From Dendrobates tinctorius (lineage: Eukaryota), in the NCBI RefSeq assembly GCF_039654945.1, contig NW_027361850.1, positions 9,114,001-9,178,000 of the forward strand: a stretch of DNA of 64,000 nt, given 5' to 3'. The position numbers and the translations under genes are program-made. The notes under the pieces were generated by a model. That model was not told the origin of the DNA. It saw nothing but the letters and a program-made list of their open reading frames with translations, and did not search any database. How positions within the stretch are numbered: position 1 is the first letter of the stretch; each line of letters opens with the position of its first letter. This document shows positions 12,901 through 27,206 of this stretch, piece after piece.

Positions 12901-15448
12901 TAACATAGAGTAACATACTTACCAATACTTGTCACATTGTTCCCCGAAGCCATTGTCTTTTACGGAATAAATATTAACATAACAAACCACAAAAATACTC
13001 ACCCACGATCCGAAGCAGTCCACGAGTGTGTCCCACGACGATCTTGGGTAGAGAACTGCAGCATCAGCTGTTGCTGCCGTTCTCTACGGGCTGCAGGAAT
13101 CCAATGACGGAAGGTAGGTATCCTTCCGCACTGTATTCCTCCGCCACTTAAAAAAAAAAAAGTCCCTAGTCTCACTTTATGCCATTGCTGCGTGGGAATT
13201 TCCCACGCAGCAATGGCATAAAGTGAGACTAGGGACTTTTTTTACTCTGTTATATGTACTGTATGTCTATGTATGTATTGTATGAATGTATTGTATGTAG
13301 TATGTATGTAGTATATATGTGGTATGTATGTAGCATGTAGTATGTATGTAGTATGTATGTAGCATGCATGTAGCATGCAGTATGTATGTAGCATGCATGT
13401 AGTATATATGTAGTATGTATGTAGCATGTAGTATGTATGTAGTATGTATGTGGTATGTATGTAGCATGTAGTATGCATGTAGTATGTATGTAGTATATAT
13501 GTAGTATGTATGTAGCATGTAGTATGTATGTAGCATGCATGTAGTATATATGTAGTATGTATGTAGCATGTAGTATGTATGTAGCATGCATGTAGTATAT
13601 ATGTAGTATGTATGTAGCATGTAGTATGTATGTAGCATGCATGTAGTATATATGTAGTATGTATGTAGCATGTAGTATGTATGTAGCATGCATGTAGTAT
13701 ATATGTAGTATGTATGTAGCATGTAGTATGTATGTAGTATGTATGTGGTATGTATGTAGCATGTAGTATGTATGTAGCATGCATGTAGTATGTATGTAGT
13801 ATGAATGTAGTATATATGTAGTATGTATGTAGCATGTAGTATATATGTAGTATGTATGTATGTAGTATGTATGTAGTATATATGTAGCATGTAGTATGTA
13901 TGTAGCATGCATGTAGTATATATGTGTTATGTATGTAGTATGTATGTATATATGTGGTATGTATGTGGTATGTATGTGGTATGTATGTAGTATGTATGTA
14001 GCATGTAGTATGTATGTAGCATGCATGTAGTATGTATGTAGTATTTTTTTTTTTTTTTTATAACATTTAACACATTAGCCGGATGATGGGACTACTACTG
14101 TCCCATCATTGGCTAATGTGTCAATCACTGTCATGGTAGCAGGCATCGCCAGATGGGACTTGTAGTCCCATCGGACGATGCTTGCACAGACCCCCGGACA
14201 TCAGCACAGCCCCCCGGCAGGCCGGTACAGACCCCCACAGGGTGCACAGCCCACCGGCAGGCCGGCACAGCCCCCCGGCAGGCCGGTACAGACCCCCACA
14301 GGGTGCACAGACCACCGGCAGGCCGGCACAGCCCCCCGGCAGGCCGGTACAGACCCCGGACAGTCCACACAGCCCCCCGGCAGGCCGGCACAGCCCCCCG
14401 GCAGGCCGGCAGAGACCCCCGGAAGGCCCGAAATGACGGCGCATCATGATGCGCACACACCGCGCATCATGATGACGTCAGGCTGTCAATCAACTTTGAA
14501 CTTCCGATTCCGATGCCGACTTCCGATATTGAAAAAATATCGGAAGTCGGTATCGGAATTCCGATACAGCAAGTATCGGCCGATACCCGATACTTGCGGT
14601 ATCGGAATGCTCAACACTAGTGTTCACCCTTACGGCACCATTGCTGCATGGAAAGTCAAGTCAATCACCTGAACAAGATGATTGGAGGTCAGGTGTTACA
14701 GACTGGGGAGATTTAAGTGAACAACCTTCCCTCAGCTCTTGCCGTGATTTGGTTTGCTTCCTGAGCACATTTTGAAGTCTTCTTGTCTCCTGCTCCGTCC
14801 TGCATCTTTCAGATAAGTTATTTGTCTTCTTGAATCTTTTTTTGCATTGGATCCATTTTTGTTTGTCTCTGATTGTTGCTTTGCTGGTGTAGTTCAACCT
14901 GGTTCCCTGCTGGGACCTGTGCTGGACCCTGTTCCATATGCCACAGCATATGTTAGTCTTTTTAGTAACCAGTTCACACCAGAGTTCTGATTTAGGGGGG
15001 GAGAGGTCATGTAACCTCAGTATTTTTGCATATCAGACATGTTGGATTTTTCTTAGGGTTTTTTGTGTGATTGCAGACAGTATCCTTTCCTGTCCTATCT
15101 AGACAGTTTGGGCCCCATCATTTGCTTACACTATTCTCTGCCTGTGTTTTGTGTTTCATCTTGTCTCACCAGCAATATATGTTTGGGGTTCTACTCTGGG
15201 GCAGTTTAGCCTTCCCATTTCTCTCTTTAGGCTTAGTTAATTCTGTGGCTGTGACGAGGTGTCTAGGGCATCGTAGGTATGTCGCACCGCTAATTCTAGT
15301 TGTGTTGTCAGTTTAGGGGACTACAATCCGCTAAGCTACCAACCTCTCTGGTTATCTGGTTGCCTTGTCTATTCCCCTGTTATTCTCCTCGGTTACCTAA
15401 TCATAACAGAATCACCGGCCAGACTGTAGATCCCAGGGTACTCTAAAG

Positions 15449-18400
15449 CAGTGGTCCCCAACCTTTTTTGCACCAGGGACCGGTTTCAAGCAAGACCATT
15501 CTTCCATGGCCCGGCAGGGCAGGGATGGTGGTGTGGAAGGGCGGGGCTTTGGTCATAAGGGGGCGGGGCTATGGACGCGGTTGTAGTGTAGCAGTGCATA
15601 CTTATAATTAAATAACATTTATAATGTGACTCAACTCACCATAGGTTTTGAATGAGTGTTCCAACACCCCCTTCTCCCCATCATTGCCTTCTCCCCATCA
15701 CTCCCTTCTCCCCATCATTGCCTTCACCCCATCACTCCCTTCTCCCCATCACTGCCTTCACCCCATCACTGCCATCTCTCCATCATTGCCTTCACCCCAT
15801 CACTCCCCTCTCCCCATCATTGCCTTCACCCCATCACTCCCCTCTCCCCATCATTGCCTTCACCCCATCACTGCTGTCTCCCCATCATTGCCTTCACCCC
15901 ATCACTCCCCTCTCCCCATCATTGCCTTCACCCCATCACTGCTGTCTCCCCATCATTGCCTTCACCCCATCACTCCCTTCTCCCCATCACTGCCTTCACC
16001 CCATCATTGCCTTCACCCCATCACTCCCCTCTCCCCATCATTGCCTTCACCCCATCACTCCCCTCTCCCCATCATTGCCTTCACCCCATCACTCCCTTCT
16101 CCCCATCACTGCCTTCACCCCATCACTCCCTTCTCCCCATCACTGCCTTCACCCCATCACTCCCCTCTCCCCATCATTGCCTTCACCCCATCACTCCCCT
16201 CTCCCCATCATTGCCTTCACCCCATCACTCCCCTCTCCCCATCATTGCCTTCACCCCATCACTCCCCTCTCCCCATCACTGCCTTCTCTCCATCATTGCC
16301 TTCACCCCATCACTCCCTTCTTCCCATCATTGCCTTCACCCCATCACTGCCGTCTCCCCATCATTGCCTTCACCACATCACTGCCATCTCTCCATCATTG
16401 CCTTCACCCCATCACTGCTGTCTCTCCATCACTCCCCCCATGGCCTTCTCCTCATGTCCCCATCTCCTCCAGGGCCAGGCTACACAAACACAGACCAACA
16501 CACACACACACAGACATACATGTACACACACAGACATACACACATTATACATACACACAGACACCACCTCTCTCCTCTCACCTGCCCGCCGCCCGCGCTT
16601 CCTCGCTCTGACACAGCAGCGGCGCGCTCCTCTCTGTGTCAGTCAGAGACAGGAAGCGCGGGCGGCGGGCAGGTAGCTGGACGGGTCCTTGCAGCTCCGC
16701 TCCTGCTATTCCCTCTTGCAGGCAGCGGAGCTGCTTGATCACTCCCTGGCCGCCGCTAAGAACTGCTGCGTGCCGCCCCAGCCCCCGCTACGCCACTGAC
16801 CGCCCCTGGCTCCCCTTGTGTCCGCGGAGTGCTCCATCACCCCCTTCTCCCCATCATTGCCTTCACCCCATCACTCCCTTCTCCCCATCACTCCCTTCAC
16901 CCCATCACTGCCATCACCCCATCACTGCCATCACCCCATCATTGCCTTCACCCCATCACTCCCCTCTCCCCATCATTGCCTTCACCCCATCACTCCCCTC
17001 TCCCCATCATTGCCTTCACCCCATCACTGCTGTCTCCCCATCATTGCCTTCACCCCATCACTCCCCTCTCCCCATCATTGCCTTCACCCCATCACTCCCT
17101 TGTCCCCATCACTGCCTTCACCCCATCACTCCCCTCTCCCCATCATTGCCTTCACCCCATCACTCCCTTCTCCCCATCACTGCTGTCTCCCCATCATTGC
17201 CTTCACCCCATCACTCCCCTCTCCCCATCATTGCCTTCACCCCATCACTCCCCTCTCCCCATCATTGCCTTCACCACATCACTCCCTTCTCCCCATCACT
17301 GCCTTCACCCCATCACTGCTGTCTCCCCATCATTGCCTTCACCCCATCACTCCCCTCTCCCCATCATTGCCTTCACCCCATCACTCCCTTCTTCCCATCA
17401 TTGCCTTCACCCCATCACTCCCCTCTCCCCATCACTGCCATCTCTCCATCATTGCCTTCACCCCATCACTCCCTTCTTCCCATCATTGCCTTCACCCCAT
17501 CACTCCCCTCTCCCCATCATTGCCTTCACCCCATCACTCCCTTCTCCCCATCACTGCCTTCACCCCATCACTGCTGTCTCCCCATCATTGCCTTCACCCC
17601 ATCACTCCCCTCTCCCCATCATTGCCTTCACCCCATCACTCCCCTCTCCCCATCATTGCCTTCACCCCATCACTCCCTTCTCCCCATCACTGCCTTCACC
17701 CCATCATTGCCTTCACCCCATCACTCCCCTCTCCCCATCACTCCCTTCACCCCATCACTCCCTTCTCCCCATCACTGCCTTCTCCCCATCACTGCCTTCT
17801 CCCCATCACTGCCTTCACCCCATCACTCCCCTTTCCCCATCACTGCCATCTCTCCATCATTGCCTTCACCCCATCACTCCCTTCTTCCCATCATTGCCTT
17901 CACCCCATCACTCCCCTCTCCCCATCATTGCCTTCACCCCATCACTCCCTTCTCCCCATCACTGCCTTCACCCCATCACTGCTGTCTCCCCATCATTGCC
18001 TTCACCCCATCACTCCCCTCTCCCCATCATTGCCTTCACCCCATCACTCCCTTCTCCCCATCACTGCCTTCACCCCATCACTCCCTTCTCCCCATCACTG
18101 CCTTCACCCCATCACTCCCCTCTCCCCATCATTGCCTTCACCCCATCACTCCCCTCTCCCCATCATTGCCTTCACCCCATCACTCCCCTCTCCCCATCAT
18201 TGCCTTCACCCCATCACTCCCTTCTCCCCATCACTGCCTTCACCCCATCACTCCCTTCTCCCCATCACTGCCTTCACCCCATCACTCCCCTCTCCCCATC
18301 ATTGCCTTCACCCCATCACTCCCCTCTCCCCATCATTGCCTTCACCCCATCACTCCCCTCTCCCCATCACTGCCATCTCTCCATCATTGCCTTCACCCCA

Positions 18401-19034
18401 TCACTCCCTTCTTCCCATCATTGCCTTCACCCCATCATTGCCTTCACCCCATCACTCCCCTCTCCCCATCATTGCCTTCACCACATCACTGCCATCTCTC
18501 CATCATTGCCTTCACCCCATCACTCCCCTCTCCCCATCATTGCCTTCACCCCATCACTGCTGTCTCTCCATCACTCCCCCCATGGCCTTCTCCTCATGTC
18601 CCCATCTCCTCCAGGGCCAGGCTACACAAACACAGACCAACACACATACACACACACAGACATACATGTACACACACAGACATACACACATTATACATAC
18701 ACACAGACACCACCTCTCTCCTCTCACCTGCCCGCCGCCCACGCTTCCTCGCTCTGACACAGCAGCGGCGCGCTCCTCTCTGTGTCAGTCAGAGACAGGA
18801 AGCGCGGGCGGCGGGCAGGAAGCTGGACGGGTCCTTGCAGCTCCGCTCCTGCTATTCCCTCTTGCAGGCAGCGGAGCTGCTTGATCACTCCCTGGCCGCC
18901 GCTAAGAACTGCTGCGCGCCGCCCCAGCCCCCGCTACGCCACTGACCGCCCCTGGCTCCCCTTGTGTCCGCGGACCGGCAAGGGCACTGCAGCGGCCCGG
19001 TGCTGGGCCGCGGACCGGCGGTTGGGGACCCCTG
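15449..19034. mobile_element. hAT (Charlie/Buster-type) non-autonomous element
   Basis: TIRs CAGTGGTCCCCAACC / GGTTGGGGACCCCTG; perfect 8-bp TSD CTCTAAAG with central TA (15441-15448, 19035-19042). Confidence 0.93.
15668..18575 (+). repeat. 17-bp minisatellite in two blocks (15668-16430, 16833-18575), each followed by the same ~390-bp unique tail
   Basis: Alternating CCCCATCATTGCCTTCA / CCCCATCACTCCCCTCT units; tail 16430-16825 matches 18575-18970. Confidence 0.95.
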
Positions 19035-19129
19035 CTCTAAAGAAGGAAAGAATTGTAAAAAAACAAAAAGGGTGTCAGAATTTTTTATATTTTTTTTTCT
19101 CTGGGGGCGGTAGGACAATTTTGTCTTTA

Positions 19130-20500
19130 ATGGATGCTAAGAAATTGTCTGATCGCGTTGAGCAGGTCGCTGCTGAAGTTTGGAGAATTTCTGCCTATCT
19201 TTCTCAGTTGTCTGCTGTAGAACCTAAAATCCCTATTCCTGATTTATTTTCTGGGGATCGGTATAAATTTTTGAACTTTAAGAATAATTGTAAACTGTTT
19301 TTTGCCTTGAAACCTAATTCCTCGGGGAACTCGGCGCAGCAGGTTAAAATTGTCATCTCCCTGTTGCACGGCGACCCTCAGTATTGGGTTTTTCCCTGAC
19401 ACCTGGGGATCCTATTCTGACTAATGTGGATGCATTTTTTCAGGCTCTGGGGTTATTGTATGATGAACCTAATGTTATTGATCAAGCTGAGAAAACCTTA
19501 TTGGCATTGAACCAAGGTCAGGAATCAGCAGAGTTATATTGTCAGAATTTCAGAAAGTGGGCGGTCCTTACTAAATGGAACGATGATGCCCTAGCAGCTC
19601 TTTTTCGGAAGGGTCTGGCAGAGACCGTTAAAGATGTTCTGGTGGGATTTCCTGTCCCCTCTGGTCTCAATGACTCTATGTCATTGGCCATTCAAATTGA
19701 CAGACGTTTACGTGAATGTAAAACTATGCGAGAGGCGGTGTTGCCTTTCGAACAAACTTCTGAGCCCATGCAGTGTGATAGTTTTTTCTAGGGCTCAACG
19801 TCTAGAATTTAGAAGGCGTAATAAGTTGTGCTTCTTTTGTGGGGATGCCTCTCATACCATTTCCGTCTGCCCTAAGTGGGAAAAACGTTTTGCTCACTCA
19901 TCTATTTTGGGCAATGTACAACCTAGATTCCTTTTGTCGGTCTTCTTAATCTGCTCCTTATCTTCATATTCTGCTAAAGCTTTTTTTGATTCAGGAGCAG
20001 CCCTGAACCTGATGGATTTTGACTTTGCCAAACGTTGTGGTTTTCCCATGGTACCCCTGTGGAATCCTATTCCTTTGAGGGGCATTGATGCTACCCCTTT
20101 GGCAGAGAATAAACCCCAGTTTTGGACCCAGGTGATAATGTGGGTAGCCCCGGAGCACCAAGAGAATTGTAAATTTTTGGTGTTGCATAATTTACATGAC
20201 ATTATTGTGCTGGGTTTTCCTTGGTTGCAGACCCATAATCCTGTTTTGGATTGGAAATCAGTGTCTGTGGTTAGTTGGGGTTGTCAATGTGTTCCTAGTG
20301 ACACTCCTGTTTTCTCTACCTTTCCCCAGTCTCATGATGATGTCCCTGACTATTTGGCTGATTTCTCTGATGTGTTTAGCGAGAGTAAGTCTGCGTCCTT
20401 GCCTCCTCATAGGAGTTATGACTGCGCGATTGAGTTAGTGCCCGGTTGTAAATTTCCCAAGGGGCGGCTCTTCAATTTATCTGTACCTGAACATGATGCT
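19130..20500 (+). pseudogene. gag and aspartic protease of Gypsy A (Sushi/PEG10-like gag), frameshifted
   Basis: PDLFSGDR..FKNNCKLFF, zinc knuckle CFFCGDASHTISVC, protease FDSGA, LPPHRSYDCAIEL. Confidence 0.9.
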
Positions 20501-21054
20501 TGTGATGTACCGTGTACAATTCATATGGCATCTTGTGCTTGGGTGCGAGGAAAAACACAGGAGACACAGGTGTGATTAGAAAGGACTTGTATTACTTCAT
20601 ACAAGTAAGCCAAAAGGGTTCACACAGTTTGCAGATACAGAGGCAGGAGACACAGCAGGCCAGAGTAAACTTTAAGCATAGCAGAACTTCCACAACAGGT
20701 TCATGGTCTCTCTCTGTTACTTCCCTTGCAACTGTGGATTTATCAGGCAGCAGGTTTCCAGCGTCCACAAGTGTTCAAAAGTTCCTCAGCAGGAGATGGC
20801 TGGAGTACCAAGTCCAAGACTTCCAGGAGCAGGTCACAGGCTAACTGCAGACTTGATTCTGAAGCACTGATTGCTCAGCTGAGGCTGCTTAAGAGGCAAG
20901 AGGGAGAGAATCAGGGCAGGAAAATGAAAGCTGGAAACTCCATATTATCTGAGGGCAAGATAGCTGCAGCAGGACAGAAAGCAAAATGGCCGACGGAAAA
21001 AACGAATTTCAAAAACATGTCAAAAAAGACTGAGAACCTTACATTACTCCCCCC

Positions 21055-22683
21055 TTAGGGACAGCCTCCGGATGACATCAGTCCAGGCTTGTCTGGGTAC
21101 CTCTGATGAAACTGGTGGAGTAAGCAAGGAGCATTAATGTTATTGACTGGTTCCCATGAGTTGTCCTCCACTGGGTAGCCCTGCCATTTAATCAAGTATT
21201 GTAACTGATCTCTGTACAACCTGGAATCTAGAATTCTTTCCACCACAAATTCTTCCTGACCAGCGACCAGCACTGGGTCAGGGCGAGGAGAAGAACGTCC
21301 AGGAAACATGTTAGGTGTTGCAGCCTTTAGTAGGAAAACATGAAAGACAGGGTGGATTCTGATAGATCTGGGCAGTTGAAGACGACAAGCGATGGCACTT
21401 ATAATTTTATTGATTTTATAGGGTCCAATGTACTTGTGTCCCAATTTAGATGATGGAATTTTTAACTTAAGATTTCTGGTTGACAGCCAGACCAAGTCCT
21501 TGAAATCTGGTGCAGGTTTACTAAATTTATCTGCTGCTTTCTTGTACCTTTCCTGAGCCAGTTCCACATTTTCCTTTAGAAGATTAATATTCCTTTGTAA
21601 AGATGTGATTCTTTCGGCCACTGCCGGCAAGGGCGTATCTATGGGGAATCGAGGAAGAATGTTAGGATGATAACCTAGGTTGGCGTAAAAAGGAGACTGC
21701 TTAGTGGAGGCACTCTGAGAGTTGTTATAAGAGAACTCAGCCAGTGGATGTAGATCCACCCAATCATCCTGTATGTGGCAGATAAAGCAACAAAGATACT
21801 GCTCCAGGGTCTGATTGGTCCGTTCTGTCTGTCCATTAGTCTGGGGATGAAAAGCAGAAGAAAGGTTTACTTTAATGTCCAATGCGGCACAGAAATTTTG
21901 CCAAAACCTTGAAGTGAATTGCACCCCTCGATCTGAAATGACCTCATCCAGTACTCCATGCAAGCGAAACACATTCTGAATCACCAAATCTGATGTCTGT
22001 TTTGCAGTGGGTAAGCCAACACAGGGAATAAGATAGGTTAACAAAGGCAACCCATCTACCACCGCTAGAATGGTCTTCTTCCCTTGAGAGGTTGGTAACT
22101 CCACAATGAAGTCCATAGAAATGGATCCCCACGGGTGGGACGGGGTTGCAATAGACCCGTTGGCGAGGAGCATGGTGTCTTGCATCTTGCACAGACTTCA
22201 CATGAAGTGACATAGTTTAAAATGTCCTTTCTGTAAGTGGGCCACCAAAAGAAACGAGAAAGAAATTTTTGTGTTTTTAGAACTCCTCTATGCCCAGCTA
22301 TCTTAGAATCGTGAATAAGTTGCAATACTCTCAATCTGACTGTTTCGGGTATATACAAGCGTTGTCCCTGTATCCACACACCATTCTTAAAGACAAGACT
22401 TACGTCCCTTGGAGGTTGTGCCAACAAAGAATCCCAATGGTATGCTTCCTTGATGTCCTTAAGTAGGTCTTGATTATGAATCCCTCCCAGGAATCTAGAG
22501 TCAGGAAGAATAGTCTTAGAAGGAGTAAGTGGACGGGTCTCTGTTGAATGAATCCTAGAGAGTGCATCAGCCTTTCCATTGCGCGATCCTGGCCTATAAG
22601 AAATTACAAAATTAAATTGGTTTAGGAAAAGATTCCAACGAGCCTGGCGAGGAGTCAGGCACTTATCCGACCTGATAAATTCA
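21055..22683 (-). pseudogene. RNase H end, integrase and chromodomain of Gypsy B
   Basis: HDSKIAGH..CEVC, SMDFI, SDRG, GQTE, GPY motif, EFVVERILDSR..YLIKWQGY..SWEP. Confidence 0.92.
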
Positions 22684-22816
22684 GACAGACAGTCTCCTCC
22701 ATAACAACCCGGTCAGGAAGTATCAGCAAACGGATTAGGAACCATGATTACATCCCTATAAGAGATACAAGACTCGGTTCCATGAGAATGGCCGTGACAC
22801 GAACAAGGTAATTAAT

Positions 22817-25141
22817 TTGAGCCAATATGTGCTTTCGGACCTCGATTGTTCATTACTTTATAAGGGTCTATCTTTTTCTCCAGCTTCTGGTCCTAACGTT
22901 TTTTCGATAGTGAAAGATCTACACGTTTTTGCACGCTCCCTTTTATTTAAACGATTTTTCTTTAATAATGATGTATATAACTCTTCCCTACAGAAGATGA
23001 ACAGACAACGTTAAGAATTTTGGAAGAATTATCTGAGGAGCATACCACAGTTGAAGGAGGTAAGATACCTCCTTCCATTAGGCCGCAATCTCGACGGTTT
23101 CCTCCATTATCTAATTGTGGTCCTATTGATCTATTCGTTAAGGTTGTGTCTAATGAATTATCAGCTATTCCACGGTTTATCCGTGATGATAATTTGAATA
23201 AGGAAGAACGAGCAAGACTGAAATATCTGCGTGATCTTCCTGATGTGGTGATCAAACCGGCGGACAAGGGGGGTAACATAGTCATATGGCCGAAAACGAT
23301 GTATGAAAAAGAGGCGTTTCGCCAGTTATTGAACAATACCTGTTATAAAAAACTTACGTTTAACCCCTTGTCCGCCTATGATACCCAACTCAGGGGGATC
23401 ATATCTAGGGCTATTGAAGCAGAAACTATCACCAGGGAGCTGGGGTCCTCCTTGGTTGTTAATGAGCCGACAATATCAACTCTTTACTTGCTCCCAAAAA
23501 TTCATAAGGATACACAATGTCCACCAGGAAGGCCGATAGTTTCAGGTCGGGGTAATTATTTGGAACATGTGGGCCGCTGGATTGATTCAATATTACAACC
23601 TTTGGTGGAAGAATTACCATCTTTCCTTAAAGATACCAATCAGTTATTGCAGAGAGTGGATGGTCTTTCTCTAGTTAAGGATGCGATACTAGTGACGGCT
23701 GATGTCGAGTCACTGTATACTAGTATACGGCATACTGATGGTTTGAGAGCTGTTGAATTTTTTCTAAACACCTCCAGGTTGTCTATTGGTCTGAAACGAT
23801 TTATATTGGAGATATTGGAATTTGCGCTTACGCATAATTTTTTTTGTGTTCAAGGGGTCCTTTTTCCTACAGACCCAGGGGACAGCCATGGGAGCGGCCT
23901 ATGCGCCCTCTTATGCCAATCTGTTCCTGGGTCTGTGGAAAAGGGACCTCTTCCAGTCAGATCCACACGCATCTATGGACCGCGTCCTTTTATGGATGCG
24001 GTACATAGATGACGTGTTCTTGATCTGGCAGGGCTCCAGTGGTTTGCTGGGACAATTTTTTCAGCAGTTAAATGATAACACACTTAATATCAGGCTGACC
24101 TTTGTCCACAATAAGAATAAAATTGAATTTTTGGACGTCATGTTGAGGAGGGATGGCCAAGATATGATTCAGACCAATATCTTTAGGAAACCAACTTCCA
24201 CGAACTCGTTGTTGCATGCCACCTCTTCTCATCCCAAACATATGATTAGATCAGTACCGATAGAACAATTTTTACGCTTAAGGCGCATTTGTTCGACAGA
24301 TCTTGATTATGAACAACAGGCCGATGACTTGAAACAGCGTTTTAGAGAAAGGGGCTATAGTCATAGATCAATTAAAAAAGCGTACAATCGTGCAAAACAT
24401 AGTATGCGTAATCCTTTATTGTATAAGACCGGGGACCCTCCACCCAAACTGGATCAATTAAGATTTGTAACAACCTTCCATTCCCATTCAGATAGGGTTA
24501 GGAAGATATTGGAAAAGTCCTGGCCTATTTTGTTGGTAGATCCAATAATGGCCAAAATATTACCAAGTAAGCCTAGAATTGCGTATCGAAGAGCAAAGAA
24601 CTTACGGGGACACTTAATTAAGAGCCACTATGAGACTAATCCACCGTTGACATTCCTGAGTGGTGGTAATCCACGACAGGGGTGCTTTTCTTGTGGACAA
24701 TGTGTGGCCTGTATCAACATCGATCGAAGTGATACGTTTACGGATTCATCAGGCATCAAAGTATTTAAAATCAAAAAGAGGATTACTTGCTTATCAAAAT
24801 GTGTGATATACTACGCCACCTGTCCGTGCTCCCTGATCTATGTGGGATTGACCACACGTCAGTTGAAGGTTAGGGTCAGGGAGCACGTGCTGGATATACA
24901 AGCTGCGGCAAGTGAAAATGACATTTCTGTACTTAAAACCATACCAAAGCACTTTAAGTTATATCACCAATGCGATAGCAAGACATTTAGAGTTAAAGGG
25001 ATCGACATTTTGGATTCTGGCATCCGGGGAGGCAGAGTATCACAACGCTTGGCCCAATATGAGGCAAGATGGATATGGACCTTAAATACGGTCCATCCTA
25101 ATGGGTTAAACGAATGTTTAAATTTTGCATCATTTCTGTGA
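22817..25141 (+). pseudogene. PLE reverse transcriptase / GIY-YIG endonuclease, frameshifts near 22980 and 23845
   Basis: KPADKGG, LPKIHK, GRPIVS, DVESLYT, GTAMG, RYIDD, CxxCxxC linker (CFSCGQCVAC), VIY..C.C..YVG..R..EH, GLNE terminus. Confidence 0.95.
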
Positions 25142-26070
25142 TCACCCGCCGGCTGTATTGCGTAGTCCATTTGGTCATCCACGTTTGCGTGGTTGTTTTT
25201 AATCGGCTGTTTTTATATTCTTTTTTATTTTTTTGCTATGTATTTTATATTTTAGGCCATGTGTATATTATACTGAAGTACAGCATTGAGCCATACTTGG
25301 TGAACATCTTTATCTGAACCACGAGATCTATATATCTGCAGAATGAAGTTATAATATATTGTATACCATTATACCAGGATCGCACATCATGAAGCCATAT
25401 CCGGAGAACATCTTCATTTGGAATCATGAGAGCCATATACCTGCATGATACAGTCATAATTTATTGCATATTATATATTTTTTGATAATTGTGAAACTTA
25501 AAGTCCCATATGAATCAATGGGCCCCTAGATGTTACTTATAGGGTAAATTATTCAGAGACCTATAGTGATATATATGTAGCATGGTATTATTTTTCTATG
25601 TAAGGTAAATAGGTACGGTATTATCACCATGTCATTTATATGTTTGCTGCAATGCTATATACATGGTGTATCTAATACCTTTAATTGAATATATAATAAT
25701 GTTTCCTTAGGTTTTATATTTCTAACTTAATGTGCAATAATGTTGTCTTTATGCTCCATGCGATTAATAAGGATTATATGTTACGATCATTATATCCTAT
25801 ATTGTTCATCTTAAGAGTATTGTGCGGCCGTTTGAGAAGCTTTCTTGACCAAGCACGCATACGTGTCATGGTCTGGGGCTGTGACGCGGTTTCTGGCGTC
25901 TCTAGTCGGTGTGTTGCCGTGGTATCTATGACGCCGTGGCGCACGCTGATTGACGCCGGCGCCGCTTCGCATCCCTGGTCGTCATGACTACGAATGCGTC
26001 ATTTCCGGTCTGCGCTCTCTCATTTCCCGTTCACGGCCTTCTTAAACTTCCTGGCTCTGTTGTAGTTCAC

Positions 26071-26112
26071 GCCCCCTGACGAAGGACGAGCATCTGAGAC
26101 GCACGTCGGGGC
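26071..26112 (+). ncRNA. Minimal type I hammerhead ribozyme motif of the PLE pseudo-LTR (GAAA changed to GAGA)
   Basis: Stem I GCCCC/GGGGC, core CTGACGA (26076-26082), stem II GGA/TCT, GAGA, near-palindromic ACGCACGT, GTC site. Confidence 0.75.
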
Positions 26113-27206
26113 AGACGTGCAGACCCCCCTGTGACTCCTCTATTACCGCCCTTTTGGTAAGATTTACCGCCATGATTTTTATCATTGTGCCTTAAGGCCA
26201 GACAGGGTTCTCCATATTGAAACAGTGGCCATATGATGAGGGACTCCTTGGGACTTTTCTATTCAATGTCCTCTTTTTGGTGAGATGTTACCGCCATGAT
26301 GTTTTGTCATTTTATTACTCCTCTGGGCCAGATAGGGTTTCCCATATAGAAACAGCGGTTATAATGAGGCAAGATTTAGACCGGCAATGGCCAGATTTAA
26401 TAGTGTAGCCATTTTGGTGAGGTACGGTGACGGTGACACCTCCTGTGTATTATTAGAATTGTCCTTTGATGGTAATTGCTAGATATATAATATAAGGCCG
26501 TACAATGTTCTAAATGTAGTGCCCTATGTGTATTTATTCATTCACACATATTTATTGGTGATGTATATCTGTGTGATTTACTATCAGGGTTGGTTTATTA
26601 ATAGAGTGATATACAAGATTCGTCATATAAGAAATTGATATGGTGATAATACTGTGCATTTATTAATTTAGGAGACATTGGTGTCTACTTGGATTATATC
26701 ATTTGAGTTTTTCAGGGAGGTCTGCTATGTTTCCCATGTTGCGTGGGTTGTTCCATAATGTATTACTGAGCACTGTCTTTGTCTAGTTCTGTATACCTGT
26801 CCTAATAAAGATATATATATTTTTTTACATCAGATCTGTAGTCGCACACTAGTGGTTTTTCCACCCCTATTTCATCTGTTCTCTGAGACAGTATAGCTCC
26901 GATGGCACAGTCTGAAGCATCCACCTCTATTATGAAGGCAAGTTCGGGGTTGGGATGCACTAGGATAGGTGCGGTGGTAAATTTATCCTTTAGACGGGAA
27001 AATGCTTCTTGGGCTTGAGGGGTCCAGGAGAACCTAGACTCCTTCCGGGTAAGTTGTGTGATAGGTGACACTACCTCAGAGAAATTTCTAATAAATAGTC
27101 TATAGAAATTGGCAAACCTGATGAAGCGCTGCACCTCCTTGACATAGGAACTGGCCAATTTTTGATGGCTTGGGTCTTGCTTCCATCCATACTAATTCCT
27201 TGTGTA

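Larger units (their letters stand above)
11532..14619. mobile_element. Non-autonomous hAT-type element with fold-back (long inverted repeat) architecture
   Basis: TIRs TAGAGTTGAGC / GCTCAACACTA, perfect 8-bp TSD GTGTTCAC (11524-11531, 14620-14627); arms ~11690-12912 and ~13243-14430 are inverted copies. Confidence 0.92.
22684..26869 (+). mobile_element. Penelope-like element (Neptune-type), 5'-truncated, with 3' pseudo-LTR
   Basis: RT plus C-terminal GIY-YIG ORF, hammerhead motif at 26071, AATAAA near the 3' end; part of B's RNase H is missing at the insertion site. Confidence 0.92.

Noticed and set aside
12906-12914. ATACTTACC resembling the U1 snRNA 5' end
   Set aside because: No U1 body follows; it is the reverse complement of a splice donor.
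11537-14672. Many overlapping ORFs (GGCAGLP, LHTYY repeats)
   Set aside because: They are mini- and microsatellite artefacts within the fold-back hAT element.
15648-18945. Long ORFs of 319-769 aa rich in PSLPSPHH
   Set aside because: They are translations of a C-rich 17-bp minisatellite that lacks stops in all frames.
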